Source of the DNA: Vulcanisaeta sp. AZ3
GTDB taxonomy: Archaea > Thermoproteota > Thermoprotei > Thermoproteales > Thermocladiaceae
Assembly: GCA_000960865.2 (NCBI GenBank)
Contig: JZWU02000039.1
Location: 1 to 11,341, forward strand
Reading direction: 5' to 3'
Length of the DNA: 11,341 bases
Shown: positions 7,629 to 11,341 of the stretch, piece by piece
Layout of the letters: the number at the start of each line of letters is the position of its first letter
Position numbering within the stretch: the first letter of the stretch is position 1
Notes under the pieces: generated by a model
Database searches by the model: none
Told to the model about the DNA's origin: nothing
Seen by the model: only the letters and a program-made list of their open reading frames with translations
Translations under genes and position numbers: made by a program

Positions 7629-9044
7629 ATGCCACTTAATAGTCTTAGGGAGTACCTGGATCTATTGAGGGGTAAGGGTGAACTTGTTGAGTTGAATGAG
7701 GAGTTAAGCTTGGATTTAGAGGTTGCTGCGTTCCTTAGGGAGTTAATGTATAGAGGAGGCCCTGCAGTTCTTATTAGGAAAATTAAGGAGGGTACATTAC
7801 CCATAATCGGTAATCTATTTAGTAAGTGGGATAGAGTTTTCATGGCGCTTGGCGATAGGGATCCTGAGAAGGCTGTTGGTGAGTTGATTAATATGCTTGA
7901 TGTTAGGATACCTAGTGGATTTTTCGATGCTATGAGAACTTTGGGCGAGTTAAAGAGATTTTCCCGGTACTTCTCGAGGACTGTTAATGAAGGACCCGTT
8001 AGAGAAATTGAATGGGATGGAATTGACCTCACAAGAATACCTGCAATTAGGCAGTGGCCTCACGAACCTGGTCGTTTCATTACCATGGGTCTTACCTTCG
8101 TGAGGCATGGTGATTATAGGAATTTCGGTTATTATAGGTTGCAGGTTATTGGCAGAGATCGCTTTATAATGCATTGGCAGCCGTGGCGTAGGAGTGCCAT
8201 GTATGGTGAATTGGGTGAGGGTGAGGTTGCCGTTGTCTTTGGTCCTGACCCAGTGACTATGCTTATGGGTGGTGTTCCAATACCTCATCCTCTGGATAAG
8301 TTGTTGGTGACCGGCGTAGTTAGGGGTGAGGGTATTGAGTTGGTGAGGGGTTCTACTGTGGGTGTTGAGTATCCTGCAAATGCGGAGTTAGTCATTGAGG
8401 GTAGGTTGACGGGTGAGTATGCTAGAGAGGGGCCTTTTGGTGATCATGTTGGTGTTTATTCCATAGCTAAAGAGTACCCTGTGGTTAAGGCCACGGCAAT
8501 TTACTCTAGGGAGGATGCCTTGATACCCGTAACGGTCACCGGGAAGCCGTTGCTTGAGGATGCGAGTATCATTAGGTTTGGTAATATGGTTGTCAAGCCA
8601 CTGCTTAAGATGTTATTGCCTGAGGTTGTTGACATATCAATACCGCCGGAGGGTTTAAGCTACATCGTGATCGTCTCGATTAGGAAGAAGTACCCTGGAC
8701 ATGCTAGAAGGGTTATGCTGACATTATGGGGTTTGGTTCCCGTGCTAGGTAAGGTGATGATTGTCACGGATCACGACATAAACATAAATGATTGGAGGCA
8801 AGTGATGTATGCTGTTGCGGCTCATGTTAATCCATCGAGGGATATACTCATTATTAATAATTATCCAGTGGAGGAACTTGATCCATCAACACCAATACCG
8901 AACCTGGGTAGCAAGGTTGGGATTGATGCAACTAGGAAGTTGCCAGAGGAGTATGGTGGTGAGTACCCAATGGATGCTGATGCTAATGTGCCTAGGGAAA
9001 TTATTGATAAGGTAAGTAGAATACTTAGTAACCTTAAGCATTAA
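7629..9044 (+). CDS. UbiD family prFMN-dependent decarboxylase (possibly MqnL-like, menaquinone biosynthesis)
   Basis: Motifs LREYLDLL..KGEL, IIGNLF, RNFGYYRLQ, PANAELVIEG, EGPFGDHVGVY, YPGHARRV, LDPS and GSKVGIDATRK. Confidence 0.92.
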   Translation: MPLNSLREYLDLLRGKGELVELNEELSLDLEVAAFLRELMYRGGPAVLIRKIKEGTLPIIGNLFSKWDRVFMALGDRDPEKAVGELINMLDVRIPSGFFDAMRTLGELKRFSRYFSRTVNEGPVREIEWDGIDLTRIPAIRQWPHEPGRFITMGLTFVRHGDYRNFGYYRLQVIGRDRFIMHWQPWRRSAMYGELGEGEVAVVFGPDPVTMLMGGVPIPHPLDKLLVTGVVRGEGIELVRGSTVGVEYPANAELVIEGRLTGEYAREGPFGDHVGVYSIAKEYPVVKATAIYSREDALIPVTVTGKPLLEDASIIRFGNMVVKPLLKMLLPEVVDISIPPEGLSYIVIVSIRKKYPGHARRVMLTLWGLVPVLGKVMIVTDHDININDWRQVMYAVAAHVNPSRDILIINNYPVEELDPSTPIPNLGSKVGIDATRKLPEEYGGEYPMDADANVPREIIDKVSRILSNLKH

Positions 9045-9182
9045 TATCAGCTAAAAATGTTCTTTGAAAAATGCATGGTGGATATCATGATGAAACTTAT
9101 CATAAATAATGCATTCAAAACAATACTATAATGAGACACGGTAGAATTATTATAGAGATAATAGCGACAAAACATACTAAGC

Positions 9183-9284
9183 TGGTGCCGGGGCCGGGAT
9201 TTGAACCCGGGCCCCCTTGCGGGGACGGACTATCTAGTTCTTAACTCCAGGCCCGCGCCTTGGACCTGGCTCGGCCACCCCGGC
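9183..9284 (-). tRNA. tRNA-Ser(GGA) with a 13-nt intron at position 37/38 (9232-9244) and encoded CCA
   Basis: Minus strand: acceptor stem GCCGGGG/CCCCGGC followed by ACCA, D-arm GCCG..AGGC, anticodon stem CGGGC/GTCCG, loop CT-GGA-G^A interrupted by TTAAGAACTAGAT, long variable arm TCCCCGCAAGGGGG, and T-arm CCGGG-TTCAAAT-CCCGG. Confidence 0.96.
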
Positions 9285-9306
9285 GAGTTTATTTGTGCTT
9301 GTTGAA

Positions 9307-9319
9307 TTATAAAGTTTTG
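9307..9319 (-). promoter_or_regulatory. tRNA-Ser promoter (BRE/TATA)
   Basis: The minus strand reads CAAAACTTTATAA, ending 22 nt upstream of the tRNA 5' end. Confidence 0.65.
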
Positions 9320-9324
9320 CTCAT

Positions 9325-9584
9325 TTAATATTTCACGGTATTTTCTTCTTTAGCAAGTCTCACGTAGCTCCTCGGCATTCCTATGCATATTCTCCTCCAT
9401 ACGTTTATTATTGTTTTCGTGAATCTTCTCAGCTCTTTAATCTTAATTAGCAGGCTCTTCTCCTTATTGTTGGTATTTCTCTGCACATTCTTTTCCTTAC
9501 ATTGTGCTTCTTCTCTTCACTTAGTATTTCCTCGGCGCATTGTGGTTTTAATGCCATTAATACGCAATCGATCGTATTATTCAA
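9325..9584 (-). pseudogene. Degraded ASCH/PUA-like domain gene (COG4933-like), frameshifted and internally deleted
   Basis: Frame A (9584-9447) gives ..VLMALKPQCAEEILSEEKKHNVRKR.., resembling the ASCH N-terminal lSIkPxyaexIlxGxKxxExR motif. Frame B (to the stop at 9325) gives ..LIKIKELRRFTK..GMPRSYVRL.., resembling the C-terminal aIxi..vxxf..PxSyxyl. An in-frame ATG at 9599 is followed by TAA TGA. Confidence 0.55.
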
Positions 9585-9669
9585 TCATTAATTCTCCATG
9601 CATTCATCTCTCGTCACCACTTATATAATGATGTTGGTTATGGTTTTTAAGGGAGTGCTTCGTGAGTAT

Positions 9670-9725
9670 GTGCGTGAGGAGTTCTGGGGTTCTGAGTTAT
9701 GATGATGGAAGAGACGAGCCGAAGG
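9670..9725 (+). ncRNA. C/D box guide sRNA
   Basis: GTGAGGA (C variant, 9674-9680), GTTCTGGGGTT, CTGA (D', 9692-9695), GTT, ATGATGA (C', 9699-9705), TGGAAGAGACGAG, CCGA (D variant, 9719-9722). A TATA-like TTTTTAAG lies at 9644-9651. The ends are approximate. Confidence 0.75.
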
Positions 9726-10676
9726 TTACTTTGGTACGGGTAGTTTTTCTAGGTATTCTCTTACTACGTCTTCTCCGGTGACACCTTCTAGAGATACTTC
9801 GGGTTTTAGGACTATTCTGTGGCTTAGGACATCCATGGCTACGCTCTTCACATCATCTGGTATTACGTAATCTCTCCCCTCTATCACAGCCATAGCTCTT
9901 CCCATCTTCATGAGGTTTATTAAGCCCCTTGGACTTGGGCCTGCTAAAACTCTTGGGTCTTTCCTAATGGTCTTGAAACCTTCTATGTACCTCATGACTT
10001 TCTCATCAACAATTACGTTGTTCTCCACGAAGTCCTTAATGGCTAGGACAAGGCCTTGGTCCATTACTGTCTTTGCATTACCCGTTGGGTCATCAGATTT
10101 CCAGGAAATTCTCCTCTTCAATAACTCAGCCTCATCATCTGGATAGCCAAGCCTTAACTTAATCATAAACCTATCCAACTGCGCTTCTGGTAGTGGGTAT
10201 GTGCCTTCTAGTTCTATTGGGTTTTGTGTTGCGATTACTATAAACGGCTTCGGTAATGGTATTGTCTCACCCTCAATGGTGACTTGACCCTCCTGCATAG
10301 CCTCAAGCAACGCAGACTGAGTCCTCGGAGGAGCCCTATTAACCTCATCAGCCAATATTAAATTCGCAAATATCGGACCTAGGACTAGGTCGAAGACTCC
10401 CTTATCCTGCCTCCATACCTTAGTACCAAGTATATCGCTCGGTAATAGGTCTGGTGTGAATTGTATCCTACTAAACCTAAGCCCTAGAGTCCTCGAGATT
10501 AACTTGGCTACGAATGTCTTACCAACCCCAGGATTATCCTCTAGCAATACATGGCCTCCAGCAATTACAGCCGCTACTGCTTTCTTCACTATAGTTTTAT
10601 CTCCGAGGAAGAACGTCATCACTTCATTAATTACATCATTTAGCATTCCATGCACATAATCAATAGTTAATTTCAT
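9726..10676 (-). CDS. moxR: MoxR family AAA+ ATPase
   Basis: Walker A region GHVLLEDNPGVGKT, RIQFTPDLLPSDILG, Walker B LADEVNRA, ATQNPIELEGTYPLPEAQLDRF and SPRG. ATG 10676 was chosen; TTG 10679 is an alternative. Confidence 0.95.
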   Translation of the reverse strand: MKLTIDYVHGMLNDVINEVMTFFLGDKTIVKKAVAAVIAGGHVLLEDNPGVGKTFVAKLISRTLGLRFSRIQFTPDLLPSDILGTKVWRQDKGVFDLVLGPIFANLILADEVNRAPPRTQSALLEAMQEGQVTIEGETIPLPKPFIVIATQNPIELEGTYPLPEAQLDRFMIKLRLGYPDDEAELLKRRISWKSDDPTGNAKTVMDQGLVLAIKDFVENNVIVDEKVMRYIEGFKTIRKDPRVLAGPSPRGLINLMKMGRAMAVIEGRDYVIPDDVKSVAMDVLSHRIVLKPEVSLEGVTGEDVVREYLEKLPVPK

Positions 10677-10698
10677 CAATTACTTCCAGTATTAATAA

Positions 10699-10707
10699 TT
10701 TTAAAAA
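10699..10707 (-). promoter_or_regulatory. Putative TATA box for moxR
   Basis: TTTTTAAAA on the minus strand, about 22 nt before ATG 10676. Confidence 0.5.
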
Positions 10708-10747
10708 CTTACAACAATCCTAGGTTTTAAGGTTGGTTAATTGGATT

Positions 10748-11341
10748 TTATGGGAAAGCCTTTGAAAGCCTTATAAGGTAATCCCAATATTCATCAAGTT
10801 CCTTCTCGAACTCCTTAATATCCTCATCTCTCAGATGAGCAAATCTACCTTGGGGCTTTAGGAACTCCTTCAAGGGCTTTCTCCTGGACTTATCCACATG
10901 GGTATTGCTTGGTGGATTGAATCTGAAGTGTCCATGGTCCCACTCATATAGTGGGAAGTACCCTGTTTCCGTAGCCAGTCTGGCTACCTCGACGGTTAAG
11001 CTTTCATCATACTTCCAACCTGGTGGGCAAGGTGCCAGTACATGTATAAATGCCGGGCCCTCGTTTAGGTAATCAAGGGCCTTTCTAACCTTATTCGCTA
11101 GGTCTATTGGGTATGCTATGTTTGCTGTGGCTGCGTATGGTATGTGATGCCCAATCACAATACTCATAATATCCTTCTTCCTCTGAGCCTTGCCCCTTAA
11201 CTTCTCGCCAACGGGTGATGTTGTTGTCCAGGCGTAATGCGGTGTTCCTCCACTTCTCTGTATTCCTGTATTCATATAAGCCTCATTGTCGTAGAGCACA
11301 TACAAAACACCATGACCACGCTCAAGCATACCACTAAGAGA
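10748..11341 (-). CDS. porB: Pyruvate/2-oxoacid:ferredoxin oxidoreductase beta subunit, C-terminal part (5'-truncated by the window edge)
   Basis: The frame is open to the window edge (SLSGMLERGH...). It contains the end of the TPP-binding motif YDNEAYMNTGIQRS, GPAFIHVLAPCPPGW, ETGYFPLYE and QGRFAHL. Substrate specificity cannot be assigned from sequence alone. Confidence 0.88.
   Translation of the reverse strand, partial: SLSGMLERGHGVLYVLYDNEAYMNTGIQRSGGTPHYAWTTTSPVGEKLRGKAQRKKDIMSIVIGHHIPYAATANIAYPIDLANKVRKALDYLNEGPAFIHVLAPCPPGWKYDESLTVEVARLATETGYFPLYEWDHGHFRFNPPSNTHVDKSRRKPLKEFLKPQGRFAHLRDEDIKEFEKELDEYWDYLIRLSKAFP

Noticed and set aside
7577-9015. ORFs 7577-8032 (-), 7950-8288 (-) and 8809-9015 (+)
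   Set aside because: They overlap the UbiD-family gene and have no independent coding signal.
9087-9093. ATGATGA as box C of a third C/D sRNA
   Set aside because: No D' or D box follows at a suitable spacing.
9183-9230. tRNA 3' end as an integration (att) site
   Set aside because: I saw no duplicate of the tRNA 3' end and no integrase gene in the window.
9383-9628. 81-aa hydrophobic ORF on the plus strand
   Set aside because: Its Leu/Phe/Ser richness is what the antisense of a purine-rich coding remnant produces, and the minus strand gives the ASCH-like motifs.
9910-10659. ORFs 9910-10146 (+) and 10456-10659 (+)
   Set aside because: They are antisense to moxR.
11329-11341. ATG 11329 as the start of porB
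   Set aside because: It is an internal Met within the TPP-binding region, and the frame continues past the window edge.
1-11341. CRISPR array, transposase or rRNA
   Set aside because: I found no regularly spaced repeats, transposase motifs or rRNA-like sequence.

Overview
An 11.3 kb archaeal chromosomal window. TATA boxes sitting about 23-27 nt upstream of starts, an intron-containing tRNA, C/D box RNAs and the gene content suggest a crenarchaeon of the Thermoproteales (Vulcanisaeta/Caldivirga-like; inference). Protein genes in order: the 3' part of a non-catalytic tRNA splicing endonuclease subunit, a small hypothetical protein, a COG2108-like radical SAM protein (-), a rhomboid protease, a secreted PNGase A-family protein, a DUF72 protein, an MFS transporter (-), a MenA-like UbiA-family protein (-), a divergent UbiD-family decarboxylase, a MoxR AAA+ ATPase (-) and the 3' part of a 2-oxoacid:ferredoxin oxidoreductase beta subunit (-). 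Features missing from the ORF track: tRNA-Ser(GGA) with a 13-nt bulge-helix-bulge intron (9183-9284, -), two C/D box sRNAs (about 4192-4249 - and 9670-9725 +) and a frameshifted ASCH-like gene remnant (9325-9584, -). The best candidates for new biology are (i) the MFS/MenA-like/UbiD divergent module, where both enzymes carry substitutions at canonical metal- or pyrophosphate-binding motifs, and (ii) the rhomboid plus PNGase A tandem. All protein calls rest on motifs recognised by eye; no searches were run.
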